DNA of 64,000 nucleotides from Planctomycetota bacterium. Its GTDB lineage: Bacteria; Planctomycetota; UBA1135; UBA2386. The translations under genes and the position numbers were made by a program. The notes under the pieces were generated by a model, which searched no databases, was not told the DNA's origin, and saw only the letters and a list, made by a program, of their open reading frames with translations. The stretch lies in the NCBI GenBank assembly GCA_046290465.1, contig JBKAGP010000001.1, positions 704,001 through 768,000 of the forward strand. Direction: 5' to 3'. Each line of letters begins with the position of its first letter. Within the stretch, counting starts at the first letter, position 1. Shown here piece after piece: positions 9,211-18,911 of this stretch.

Positions 9211-10083
9211 TCAGGTCAGCGCGATGCTGCGCGCGATGCGTCTGGCGATCGGGATCGCCAGCAGGATGCCGACCGCCTCCGGCCAGCGACCGGCCGCGAG
9301 CGTCAGCATTGCCGTGTAGAGCATCGTGCCGAGCAGCAGGAACATCATCGAGCGACGGATCTCGGGCTGGGTCCACTCGGTGGTGCGCGCGTTGCGTCGC
9401 AGGAACCACAGCACCGGCAACGCGGCGATCGCCGGTGCCGGCCAGAAGGCGCCCTGGACCACCGCGATGCCGGCGAACGCGACCAGCGGCGGCGCGGCCT
9501 GCACGGTGGCGACCGTGCGCCCGCGCACCGACGGCGTGTCCTCGAAGATGCCGACGAACGTCACCGCGACGATGTAGATGCCGTAGCAGAGCGCCGCGAT
9601 CAGCAGAGCGCGGCGGGCCTCGTCCGGGATCGCGTCGCTGGCGAGGAACAGCCCGGTCGACAGGTTGAGGGCGCGCAGCACGCCCATGTTGAGCGCGCCC
9701 AGCCACTCGAGGCGCTTGCCGAGGAAGTCGTAGACCAGCACCAGCGCCGCGATCAGGCCGTGGTGGGCGCGGCACGGCGACAGGCCGATGCCGCCGCCGA
9801 GCAGCAGCAACCCGAGCGTCACCGCGAACGCCATCGACAGGTCACCGCTCGGCAGCGGCCGTTCGGGGCGCTGCCGACGGTCGAGCTTGCGGTCGGCGAC
9901 GTCGTTCCAGACCATGCCGGCGCCGTAGATCAGCACGCTCGCGAGCATCGCGCGCACGACGTCGACACCGAGCGCGACCTGCGCGATCGCCGACGACGCC
10001 AACACGTCGGCGGCGGGGGAGAACCAGGTGCCGATGCGGCACAGCCGCAGCACGGAGAGGACCTTGGTCGGCCGTTCTGTCAC
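9211..10083 (-). CDS. UbiA-family prenyltransferase (EboC-like)
   Basis: Asp-rich motif WNDVADRKLDRRQRPERPLPSG, multiple TM helices, YD motif. Confidence 0.85.
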   Translation of the reverse strand: MTERPTKVLSVLRLCRIGTWFSPAADVLASSAIAQVALGVDVVRAMLASVLIYGAGMVWNDVADRKLDRRQRPERPLPSGDLSMAFAVTLGLLLLGGGIGLSPCRAHHGLIAALVLVYDFLGKRLEWLGALNMGVLRALNLSTGLFLASDAIPDEARRALLIAALCYGIYIVAVTFVGIFEDTPSVRGRTVATVQAAPPLVAFAGIAVVQGAFWPAPAIAALPVLWFLRRNARTTEWTQPEIRRSMMFLLLGTMLYTAMLTLAAGRWPEAVGILLAIPIARRIARSIALT

Positions 10084-10134
10084 CCGGGCACGATCGCACA
10101 AGCCCGCCGCGATTGCACGGCGGAGCGGCCGGCG

Positions 10135-11964
10135 CTACGGCCGCAGGAAGTCCTCGATCACCCGCTGGATGTCGTTGTAGGTGACGAACAGCACCAGCAG
10201 CAGCACGAACACCAGCCCGATGACCTGGCTGTAGCCGAACACCTTGGTGCTGACCGGCGAGCCCTTGACCTTCTCGATCAGCAGGAACATCAGGTGGCCG
10301 CCGTCGAGCACCGGGATCGGCAGCAGGTTGACGAAGGCGAGGTTGACGCTGAGCAGCGCCAGGAAGTACCAGAACCACGTCGGGCCGCGCTGGGCCGCCT
10401 GGTAGCTGACCTGGCTGATCCGGATGATGCCGCCCAGGTTCTTGGCGCCGACCTCGCCGGTCAGCATGCGCTTGATCGTGACGTAGAGCTGCTTGACGAG
10501 GTCGAGCGACGACACCGTGCCGAGCTTGACGGCGTCGACGAAGCCGTCGGCGCGGATCTCACTCATCACCGGCGCAATGCTGCGGCGGAAGCCGACGTCG
10601 GGGGCCGGCGTGCGCTCGGGCGTCAGGGTCAGCTGGATCGGCGCGCCGGTCGGCGTGCCGAGGCCCGTGACCTGGTCGGGATCGGGGCGCAGCAGCGCCA
10701 GCTGCAGCGGCTGGTCGCCGGCGTCCTTGACGGCGCGGCGCAGGTCGTCCCAGTCGTCGATCTGCTCACCGTCGATCCGCTGCAGCCAGTCGCCGGCGCG
10801 CAGGCCCGCGGCCTCGGCAGCACCGCCCGGCATCGGCAGCAGCTGCAGGCGGGTGTCGCTGTCGATCGCGACCAGCTCGGCCAGGGCGCGACGATCCGGC
10901 GCGGCGGCGGCGGCGGTCAGCTGCTTCTGTTCGCCGTCGCGAACGACCAGCCAGGTGGTGCTCGGCGCCGGGTTGCTGGCGAAGGCGTCGAGCGTGCCCG
11001 ACAGGAACGGGCGGCCGTCGATCGCCAGCACGATGTCGTCGCGCTCGAGTCCGAGCTCCTCGACGACCTTGCTGCCGGGACGGATGCCGGCGACGCGGTG
11101 CGGCAGCGGCCGCACGCCGATCATCGGCGTGACGTCCTCGGTGCTCGGCTTCGGGGTCAGCGTGACCTCGATCTGCTGGCCGTCGCGTTCGACCACCACG
11201 TCGAGCGGCTCCAGGCCTTCGAAGGCGGCGACGGCGCCTTCGCGGGTGCCGTTGATCGACACGACGCGATCGCCGCTGCGCAGACCGGCCTGGTGCGCGA
11301 TGCCGCCGTCGTCGACGGCCAGCACGACCTGGTCCTGGTCGTAGGCCGGGTTCAGGCCGAGGCTGTACAGGCCCTGCTGGCGGTCGTAGTGCGGCCTGGC
11401 GGTGACCACGCGACGCTCGCCGGCCGCGGTCTCGACCAGCAGCTCGACCGGCCGGTTGCCGGACAGCGCCACCTCGATGGTCAGGTTCTGCAGCGAGTAG
11501 ACCGGCTTGCCGGCGACCTCGACGATGCGTTCGCCCTCCTCGATGCCGGCCTCCCACGCCGCCGAGCCGGGCACGATCGGCCCGGCGACCGCCGCCGGGA
11601 ACTTGACCCCCGACGAGAAGACGATCGGGAACACGATCAGCGCGAACAGCGCGTTCATCAGCACGCCGCCCGACCAGAACAGCGCGCGCTGGCCGACCGA
11701 CTTGCTCCACAGCGACATGCTCGCCGGATAGCGGCGGTCGCTCGGGTCCTGGCCTGCCACCATCACGTAGCCGCCGAACGGCACCGCCGACAGGCGGAAG
11801 TCGGTGCCGCGCCAGGCGAACCCTGCGATGCGTGGGCCGAAGCCGAGCGAGAACACCTCGACGCGCACGCCTGCCGCCCGCGCCGCGAGGAAGTGGCCGC
11901 CCTCGTGCAGGAAGATCAGGAGGCCGATGCCGAAGATGGCCAGTACGATGCTGCCGAGTTCCAT
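10135..11964 (-). CDS. rseP: RIP metalloprotease RseP (M50) with several PDZ domains
   Basis: HEGGH, FSLGFGP, NLLPIPVLDGG; directly downstream of dxr. Confidence 0.93.
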   Translation of the reverse strand: MELGSIVLAIFGIGLLIFLHEGGHFLAARAAGVRVEVFSLGFGPRIAGFAWRGTDFRLSAVPFGGYVMVAGQDPSDRRYPASMSLWSKSVGQRALFWSGGVLMNALFALIVFPIVFSSGVKFPAAVAGPIVPGSAAWEAGIEEGERIVEVAGKPVYSLQNLTIEVALSGNRPVELLVETAAGERRVVTARPHYDRQQGLYSLGLNPAYDQDQVVLAVDDGGIAHQAGLRSGDRVVSINGTREGAVAAFEGLEPLDVVVERDGQQIEVTLTPKPSTEDVTPMIGVRPLPHRVAGIRPGSKVVEELGLERDDIVLAIDGRPFLSGTLDAFASNPAPSTTWLVVRDGEQKQLTAAAAAPDRRALAELVAIDSDTRLQLLPMPGGAAEAAGLRAGDWLQRIDGEQIDDWDDLRRAVKDAGDQPLQLALLRPDPDQVTGLGTPTGAPIQLTLTPERTPAPDVGFRRSIAPVMSEIRADGFVDAVKLGTVSSLDLVKQLYVTIKRMLTGEVGAKNLGGIIRISQVSYQAAQRGPTWFWYFLALLSVNLAFVNLLPIPVLDGGHLMFLLIEKVKGSPVSTKVFGYSQVIGLVFVLLLVLFVTYNDIQRVIEDFLRP

Positions 11965-13142
11965 CAGTCGTGTTGCCTATCGTCTGCCCGGGGGGCCGGA
12001 GTGGAGGCGTGCAGGGCCGCGGCCCGGGCGCGACCGTCGCGGTCGGCTGCCAGCACCTCGTCGATCGAACGGATCGGCCCTGTCGGCCGTTCACGCAACA
12101 CCTGCTCCGCGGTGCGCGTGATCTCCGGGAACGGAATCTCGCCGGCCAGGAACGCCGCGGTGGCGACCTCGTCGACGGCGTTGAGCACGCAGCCGGTGTC
12201 GCCGCCTCGCCCGATCGCGTCGTACGCGAGCGCCACCGCCGGGTAGCGCTCTGGCTCGAACGGGACGAACTCGAGCGAGCGCCACTTGCGCGGATCGAAC
12301 GGCTGGAAGCCGAACGGCAGCCGATCCGGGTAGCCGAGGCAGAACAGGATCGGCACCCGCATGTCGGGCACGCCGCACTGCGCCAGCATCGAGCCGTCGA
12401 CGAACTCGACCATCGAGTGCACGATGCTCTGCGGGTGCAGGACCACCTCGATGCGATCCGCCGGCACCCCGAACAGCCAGTGCGCCTCGAGCACCTCGAA
12501 CGCCTTGTTCATCATCGTGGCGCTGCCGATCGTGATGCGCGGCCCCATCGTCCAGGTCGGGTGCTTGAGCGCCTCGTCGCGGGTGATCGCGTCGAACGTG
12601 TCGAGCGGCCGCTGCCGGAACGGGCCGCCCGAGCCGGTCAGCCAGATCTTGCGGATCGCCTTCGGATCCTCGCCGTCGAGGCACTGGAAGATCGCGCAGT
12701 GCTCGCTGTCGACCGGCAGGATGGTCGCGCCGCTCTCGGCGGCCAGCGGCATCAGGTATTCGCCGGCGACGACCAGCGACTCCTTGTTGGCCAGCGCCAG
12801 CGTGCGGCCGCTGCGCAGCGTCCACTCCGAGGCCCGCAGGCCCGCGGCCCCGGTGATCGCGTTGAGCACGGTGTCGGGTTCGGCCGCGGCCAGCGCCTCG
12901 ATCAGGCCGTCGGCACCGTGGAACCAGCGGGTGCCGCCCGGCAGCGCCGGCGGCTCGCTGCGGCCGGTCAGGCAGGCCGCCGCAGGGCGGTGTCGCGCCG
13001 CGGCTTGGGCCAGGGCGTCGGCGGAGGTGTGGGCCGCGAGCAGGCAGGCCTCGAACCGGTCGGGGTGCTCCTCGAGGATGCTGAGGGCCTGGGTCCCGAC
13101 GGATCCGGTGCAGCCCAGGACGGCGATGCGGCGCTTCGACAC
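11964..13142 (-). CDS. dxr: 1-deoxy-D-xylulose-5-phosphate reductoisomerase
   Basis: LGCTGSVG, LALANKESLV, PVDSEH, TGSGGPFR, HPTWTMG, HPQSIVHSMVEFVDGS. Confidence 0.97.
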   Translation of the reverse strand: MSKRRIAVLGCTGSVGTQALSILEEHPDRFEACLLAAHTSADALAQAAARHRPAAACLTGRSEPPALPGGTRWFHGADGLIEALAAAEPDTVLNAITGAAGLRASEWTLRSGRTLALANKESLVVAGEYLMPLAAESGATILPVDSEHCAIFQCLDGEDPKAIRKIWLTGSGGPFRQRPLDTFDAITRDEALKHPTWTMGPRITIGSATMMNKAFEVLEAHWLFGVPADRIEVVLHPQSIVHSMVEFVDGSMLAQCGVPDMRVPILFCLGYPDRLPFGFQPFDPRKWRSLEFVPFEPERYPAVALAYDAIGRGGDTGCVLNAVDEVATAAFLAGEIPFPEITRTAEQVLRERPTGPIRSIDEVLAADRDGRARAAALHASTPAPRADDRQHD

Positions 13143-13314
13143 GGCGCTCGATCATGGGCCGCCCGGCCGTTCCATTGCAACCTCGTCGGGGCATCGCGCG
13201 ACACAAGGTTGCCGCACGGACCGTCGCTGACCATGATGGGGGCGAGGCGTGGGAGTGCCACGCTCATCGGATTCGTTGATCGGCGGACCCACCGTCGACC
13301 GGAGTGCACCCATC

Positions 13315-14355
13315 GTGAGCGAAGCTCAATCCGCGTACCGTCGCGCGGGCGTCGACATCGACAAGAAGTATGCGGCCGTCACCGGGGCGGCCGAAGCCAT
13401 CCGCAAGACCTACACGTCCGGTGTGGTCGGGGACGTCGGCGCGTTCGGCGGCCTGTTCGATCTGGACCGCGCCGGCGTCGCGGGGCAGCTGATGGTCGCG
13501 TCGACCGATGGCGTCGGCACCAAGGTGATGATCGCCGCGCAGCGCGGCGACATGGCGAGCGTCGGGGAGGACCTCGTCAACCACTGCGTCGACGACATCC
13601 TGGTGCAGGGCGCGCGGCCGCTGTTCTTCCTGGACTACATCGCGATGTCGCAGATGGTCCCCGAACGCGTGCAGCAGATCATCCACGGCCTGGCCAAGGC
13701 CTGCAGTGAGAACGGCTGCGCGCTGCTGGGCGGCGAGACCGCCGAGATGCCGGGCGTCTACCGCGACGGCGAGGTCGACGTCGCCGGCACCATCGTCGGC
13801 TCGGTCGCGCGCGAGCAGCTGCTCGACGGCACCCGGATCCAGGAGGGCGACCAGCTGGTCGGCCTGCCGAGCAGCGGCCTGCACACCAACGGCTACTCGC
13901 TGGCGCGCAAGGTGCTGTTCGCCGACGCCGGCCTCGCGCTCGACGATACGCCGGACGAACTCGACGGCCGCAGCGTCGGCGACGCGCTGCTGGCGGTGCA
14001 CAAGAGCTACCTGAAGCCGTGCCTGCCGCTGGTCGAGCAGGGGCAACTGCAGGGCATGGCGCACATCACCGGCGGCGGCCTGCCCGACAACGTCCCGCGC
14101 GTGTTGCCCGACGGCCTCGGCGTGCGCATCGACACGGCGGCGATCCCGCGCTCGCCGATCTGCGAACTGATCGCGCAGCGCGGCAAGGTCGCCCGCGACG
14201 AGGCCTACCGGGTGCTCAATATGGGCATCGGCATGGTGCTGTTCGTGCGCAAGGAGCACGTCGACCACGTGCTCGACGGCTGCCGCGCCGCGGGCGAGCA
14301 GCCGTTCCTGGTAGGCGACGTCGTGTGCAGCGAGACCCGGGTGGCGCTGTCGTGA
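13315..14355 (+). CDS. purM: Phosphoribosylformylglycinamidine cyclo-ligase (AIR synthetase)
   Basis: YRRAGVDID, STDGVGTK, LGGETAEMPG, SSGLHTNGYSL, HITGGG, NMGIGM. Confidence 0.97.
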   Translation: MSEAQSAYRRAGVDIDKKYAAVTGAAEAIRKTYTSGVVGDVGAFGGLFDLDRAGVAGQLMVASTDGVGTKVMIAAQRGDMASVGEDLVNHCVDDILVQGARPLFFLDYIAMSQMVPERVQQIIHGLAKACSENGCALLGGETAEMPGVYRDGEVDVAGTIVGSVAREQLLDGTRIQEGDQLVGLPSSGLHTNGYSLARKVLFADAGLALDDTPDELDGRSVGDALLAVHKSYLKPCLPLVEQGQLQGMAHITGGGLPDNVPRVLPDGLGVRIDTAAIPRSPICELIAQRGKVARDEAYRVLNMGIGMVLFVRKEHVDHVLDGCRAAGEQPFLVGDVVCSETRVALS

Positions 14356-15299
14356 ACGGGTGCGTCGCTGTCGGCCGAGGCCTGCGTGCGCTCGGTCTCG
14401 CGTTTGCGCTGGCCGGCAGTGCCACGGCACAGCAGCAGGGCGAGCTGGTCGCGACGTTCGACCGGATCGCCGCCGAGTATGCCGCGGCGCCCGAGGCGGA
14501 CCGCGGCGACCTGGCGCACCGGCTCAGCAACGCGTTCTTGCGGCTGCCCGAGGGCGCCGCGCGCACCGAACGGCTGCCGCTCGGCGCCGAGGCGACGCTG
14601 GCCGCCGGCCGCATCGACCACGCGCTGCGGCTGAGCACCCCGATCGAAGGTCCGCAGGCGGTCGAGGGCCGGCCGCGCCAGCCGCGCTTGCTGACGGTCC
14701 GCCTGCGCGCGCTCGCGCAGAGCGAACGCCTGGTCGAGCTGACCCGTATCGTCGAGCAGCAGGCGGCCGCGTTCCCGGATGCGGTCGCCGCCGCGCTGCG
14801 CGCCGAGGAGGCGCGGCTGTTGCCGCTGGCGGCCGCGGCGCTGCGCGGCCCCGATCGGCCGGCGGGGCGTTCGATCTTCCAGTTCCTGGCGACGCTCGAG
14901 CCGATCGAGTCCTACCGGGTCGCCAACCTCGGGCTGTGCCTGCGCCAGATCGGCGACGTCGACGCCGCGTTCCGCACCTACGAGCTCGGTCGGCGCGTGG
15001 CGCCCGACGACCTCGAACTCTGGAACGACTACGGCCTGCTGTTGCGCGCCAGCGGCCGTCGCGAAGAAGCGCTGGCGGCGTTCCGTCGCAGCGTCGCGCT
15101 GGACCTGAAGCGCGGTCCGGAGCAGCGTGCCAAGGGCCCCGCGATCACCAACCTGCTGCACATGGAGGCGCTGCAGCCCGGCCAGCAGGGGGGCGATCCG
15201 GTGCCGACCGCGAACCAGGCGTTGCAACAGCGGCCGCAGGCGACCATGTTGCGGCGGCTGCTGCTCGACGTGCAACTCGATCGGCTCACCCGACGCTGA
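14352..15299 (+). CDS. Secreted TPR-containing protein
   Basis: GTGA overlap with purM; signal-like N-terminus; TPR units (NLGLCLRQIGDVDAA, WNDYGLLLRASGRREEA). Confidence 0.7.
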   Translation: MNGCVAVGRGLRALGLAFALAGSATAQQQGELVATFDRIAAEYAAAPEADRGDLAHRLSNAFLRLPEGAARTERLPLGAEATLAAGRIDHALRLSTPIEGPQAVEGRPRQPRLLTVRLRALAQSERLVELTRIVEQQAAAFPDAVAAALRAEEARLLPLAAAALRGPDRPAGRSIFQFLATLEPIESYRVANLGLCLRQIGDVDAAFRTYELGRRVAPDDLELWNDYGLLLRASGRREEALAAFRRSVALDLKRGPEQRAKGPAITNLLHMEALQPGQQGGDPVPTANQALQQRPQATMLRRLLLDVQLDRLTRR

Positions 15300-15476
15300 T
15301 CGGCGGCGTGCCGCGGCCGTCGAACGCCCGGCCGGATGCGCCATGGGGCGGTAGCCGACGGGCTCCGTGGCCGTTACACTGAGCGGACCCCTCTCTCCGC
15401 GATACCCGCGATGGCGCCGGACTTATGCCGCGCCGCGCACACGACTTTCTCCCCGAACGGAATCCAAGGACCTGCC

Positions 15477-16856
15477 ATGTTCGTAGCTGCATCGTTGAGC
15501 CTGATCTTCGCGGCCGCCGCCCCCCAGGGCGGCGACAAGCCCATCCTCAGTGCTCGCGACCAGAAGTCCCTCGCTGACAAGCTGAAGAAGTATCTCGACG
15601 CGGAGATCACCTACGACAACGCGGAGGGCAAGGCGCGCGAGAAGGCCGGCAAGAACCGCCGCAAGGCCAAGGAGGCCTTCACCGACGCGTGGGACAAGGC
15701 CGAGAGCAAGGGGGAGATCCTCGGCTCGATGGTCGACCTGCGGGCGATCTACCACAACTGCTTCACGCCGGGCAAGCCGAAGCACGGCAAGGGCAAGCTC
15801 TACCCGCAGTCGATGGGCTCCGGCTCGGACCTGAAGTGGGGCATCTTCGTGCCCAAGAAGTACAAGGAGAAGGAGCCGTGGCCGGCGATCGTGTCGCTGC
15901 CGGACGGCAAGGCGGGCGTCTGGACCAAGCCCTCCGACCACTTCAAGAACACCTGGGACGGCAGCGAGATGATGGCGACGCACGTCGTGCACATCCCGCA
16001 GATCCCCGAGGGCCTCGAGCTCGACCCGGTGCCGGACTACACCCGCGACGGCGCCGAGAAGGACGAGGACAGCCGCAACCGCGCCGTGCTCGGCACGCTC
16101 GGCTTCGTGCTCAACAACTACAACATCGAGCGCGACCAGGTGTTCCTCGACTGCGGCACGCAGACCTGTGGCTACGGCATGCGCCTCGCGTCGCTGTTCC
16201 CCGATCGCTTCGCCGGCGTCATCCTGCGCAACCCGATCCCGGTCGACGACATCCGCCTCGGCGCGCTCAGCAACCTGCCGATCCTGCTGCTGCGCAACGG
16301 CGCCAACGCCAACGAGGTCGACGCCCTCAAGAAGCGCCTCGACGAGACCTGCCCCGGCATGGCGACCGTGCTCGATTCGAAGGGCGCGGCACCGCACAAG
16401 GAGTCGAGCGCCGACATCCTCAAGTGGATGGGTGAGCACAAGCGGGTGATGGCGCCGAAGAAGGTCGTGCTCGAGCCGAACCACGACCGCTTCAAGAAGG
16501 CCTACTGGGTCAACATCCACGTCGCCGAGTCGCTGCTGACGACCGGGCCCGACGACAAGCCGCGCCTGCAGGTCGAGGCCGACCGCGAGCAGAACCGGAT
16601 CACCGTCGAGGCCAAGAACGTCGAGCGCTTCGAGCTGCTGCTCAACGACGACCTGATCGACCTCAGCAAGGAGTTCACGATCGTGATCAACGGCAAGGCC
16701 GTGCAGGAGAAGCGCCGCCGTTCGTTCCGCGACATGCAGAGCCGCATGGTCGGTCGCAACGACTGGGACTACCTGTTCCCCGTGCGCTACGTGACGACGG
16801 TCTCGAAGGAGACCGACAAGGACAAGGAAAAGGGCAGCGGCGAGAACGAGAAGTAG
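15477..16856 (+). CDS. Secreted alpha/beta-hydrolase-like protein with degenerate nucleophile elbow
   Basis: Signal peptide; 'IFVPKKY..EPWPAIVSL', 'YNIERDQVFL', 'PDRFAGVI' resemble PHB-depolymerase/esterase-like folds. Confidence 0.6.
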   Translation: MFVAASLSLIFAAAAPQGGDKPILSARDQKSLADKLKKYLDAEITYDNAEGKAREKAGKNRRKAKEAFTDAWDKAESKGEILGSMVDLRAIYHNCFTPGKPKHGKGKLYPQSMGSGSDLKWGIFVPKKYKEKEPWPAIVSLPDGKAGVWTKPSDHFKNTWDGSEMMATHVVHIPQIPEGLELDPVPDYTRDGAEKDEDSRNRAVLGTLGFVLNNYNIERDQVFLDCGTQTCGYGMRLASLFPDRFAGVILRNPIPVDDIRLGALSNLPILLLRNGANANEVDALKKRLDETCPGMATVLDSKGAAPHKESSADILKWMGEHKRVMAPKKVVLEPNHDRFKKAYWVNIHVAESLLTTGPDDKPRLQVEADREQNRITVEAKNVERFELLLNDDLIDLSKEFTIVINGKAVQEKRRRSFRDMQSRMVGRNDWDYLFPVRYVTTVSKETDKDKEKGSGENEK

Positions 16857-18911
16857 GTGGCCGACTCGACCGAGGGCGCGCGCGGGCTGCGCCCGCTGCG
16901 CGCCGTGCTCGCGGCCGGCGCGACCGGCTTCGGCGTGATGGCCGCGGAACTGACCGCGGTTCGGCTGCTGGCCCCGCACTTCGGGGACAGCGCCTACGTC
17001 TGGACCAACGTCATCGGGGTCATCCTGGCCGCGATGGCGCTCGGCGCGACGCTCGGCGGCAGGCTCAGCGCCCGCGACGGTGCCGAACGGTGGCCGTTCC
17101 GGCTGCTGCTGGCCGGCGGCCTGCTGCTGGTCGTGGCGCCGTTCTCGACCGGCTGGCTCGGCGCCTTGCTGTTGCCCGCCGACCTGCCGCTCGACGCCGC
17201 GATGCCGGTGCTGATCCGCGGCTCGCTGGTCGCGACGGCGCTGGTGTTCGCGCCGCCGCTGCTGCTACTGGCCGCGGTGTCGCCGCTGCTGATCGTGTTG
17301 CTGGCGCGCGGTGGCACCAGCCTGGGCCGCGCCGCGGGTGACGTCGCGGCCTCCGGCACCGTTGGCAGCCTGGTCGGCACGTTCCTGGCGACGCACTGGC
17401 TGGTGCCGACGCTCGGCTGTCGGCTCGCGCTGCTGGTGGCCGCCGCGGTGATGCTGCTGGCGGCGCTGCTGGTCGCGCCGGGCCGAGGGCGCGGCGCCGC
17501 CGCGGTGGCGTTGCTGGTCACCGGCGCCAGCACCCTGCTGCACGGCGGTCCGCTGCGACCGACCGCCGCCGGGGTCGAACTGGTCGCCGAGCGCGAGACG
17601 CCCTACCAGTTCTTGCAGGTGCACCGCACCCGCGAGCACGGCCGATCCCGCACCACGCTGGTGATCAACGAAGGCCTCGACTCGTTCCACTCGCTCGATC
17701 TCGAGGGATCGCCGTTCACCGGCGGCGCCTACTACGACTGGCACGGCGTCGCGCCGCTGCTGGCGGCCGACGGTGGCGGACTGGACGGCCTGAAGGCGCT
17801 GTCGATCGGCGACGCGGCCGGCACGCTGCGCCAGGTCTACGGCGCGCTATATCCGGGCATGACGGTCGACGCGGTCGACATCGACGCCGAGACGATGGCG
17901 CTCGGCGACGCCCACTTCGGCGACGGCAAGGCAGCGGGTCGGCGCTTCGCGATCGACGGCCGCCAGTTTCTGGCGCACGCCGAGGATCGCTGGAACGTCA
18001 TCCACGTCGACGCCTATGCGCACCAGGTCTACGTGCCGGCGCACCTCGCCAGCCGCGAGTTCTTCACGCAGGCGCATGCCCGGTTGCTCGACGGCGGCGT
18101 GCTGGCCTGCAACGTCGGCGCGCTGCAGCTCGACGACGCCGTGCTGCAGGCGGTCGCGGCGACCGTCGCCGACGTGTTCGACGAAGTGCGCGTGTTCCTG
18201 ATCCCGTCCAGCCGCAACGCGCTGCTGGTCGCCCGCCGCGGCGCGCCGCTGCGGCCCGAGATCCTCGAGCAGGCGCTCGACCGGCCGTTCGGGCTGGCCG
18301 ACGCCGACCTCCTGCACTGGCGCGACGTGCTGCGCCGCACGGCGGAGCCCGCCAACTGGCACGCGCTGGCCGAGGCTGCGCCGGTGCTGTGCGACGACCA
18401 GCCGCTGCTCGACGAACTGCTGTTCGACAGCTACGTGCAGCATGCGGACCCGCGCCAGGTCGTGGCCGCGTCGGGCCAGCGCGGGCGGACCGATGCCGAG
18501 CAGGAGGCGTTCGAGGCCAGCCAGCGAGGTGCGTGGCGCGCGACCTTGCAGGTCGTGGCCGAGAGCGCCGCGGCGACGCCGTTCCTGCGGCTGCAAGCGG
18601 GCGACGCCCGCTGGAACCTGCGCCACCTGCACAGCGCCGCGCTCGAGTATCGCGCGGGACTCCAGCTGTCGCCCGACGCCAAGCTGCGCAACAAGCTCGA
18701 GCAGCGCCTCGCGGACCTGCAGGAGCAGCTCGGGCCGATCGAGGCCGCGGACACCGCAGCAACCCGCAACGGCTGGCTCGCCGGCGCGATCGTCGCGCTC
18801 GGCGCCGCGCTGGCGCTGCTGCTGCGACGGGTCTGGCCGCGCCGCGCTACAGCAGGTCGAGGATGCCCGAGCCGCCGTCGGTCAAGGTCTCGGTCGCCGC
18901 GCGGTAGTTGA
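16857..18911 (+). CDS. Fused membrane domain / spermidine-synthase-like SAM-dependent transferase
   Basis: N-terminal TMs with 'RLLAPHFGDSAYVWTNVIGVIL'; ETPYQ, VDID, DGRQFL, IHVDAY, HLASREFF. Confidence 0.85.
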   Translation: MADSTEGARGLRPLRAVLAAGATGFGVMAAELTAVRLLAPHFGDSAYVWTNVIGVILAAMALGATLGGRLSARDGAERWPFRLLLAGGLLLVVAPFSTGWLGALLLPADLPLDAAMPVLIRGSLVATALVFAPPLLLLAAVSPLLIVLLARGGTSLGRAAGDVAASGTVGSLVGTFLATHWLVPTLGCRLALLVAAAVMLLAALLVAPGRGRGAAAVALLVTGASTLLHGGPLRPTAAGVELVAERETPYQFLQVHRTREHGRSRTTLVINEGLDSFHSLDLEGSPFTGGAYYDWHGVAPLLAADGGGLDGLKALSIGDAAGTLRQVYGALYPGMTVDAVDIDAETMALGDAHFGDGKAAGRRFAIDGRQFLAHAEDRWNVIHVDAYAHQVYVPAHLASREFFTQAHARLLDGGVLACNVGALQLDDAVLQAVAATVADVFDEVRVFLIPSSRNALLVARRGAPLRPEILEQALDRPFGLADADLLHWRDVLRRTAEPANWHALAEAAPVLCDDQPLLDELLFDSYVQHADPRQVVAASGQRGRTDAEQEAFEASQRGAWRATLQVVAESAAATPFLRLQAGDARWNLRHLHSAALEYRAGLQLSPDAKLRNKLEQRLADLQEQLGPIEAADTAATRNGWLAGAIVALGAALALLLRRVWPRRATAGRGCPSRRRSRSRSPRGS

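Noticed and set aside
13176..13202. Second ECF-like promoter (GCAAC-N17-CGAC) upstream of purM
   Set aside because: Short motif likely to arise by chance, with no supporting context.
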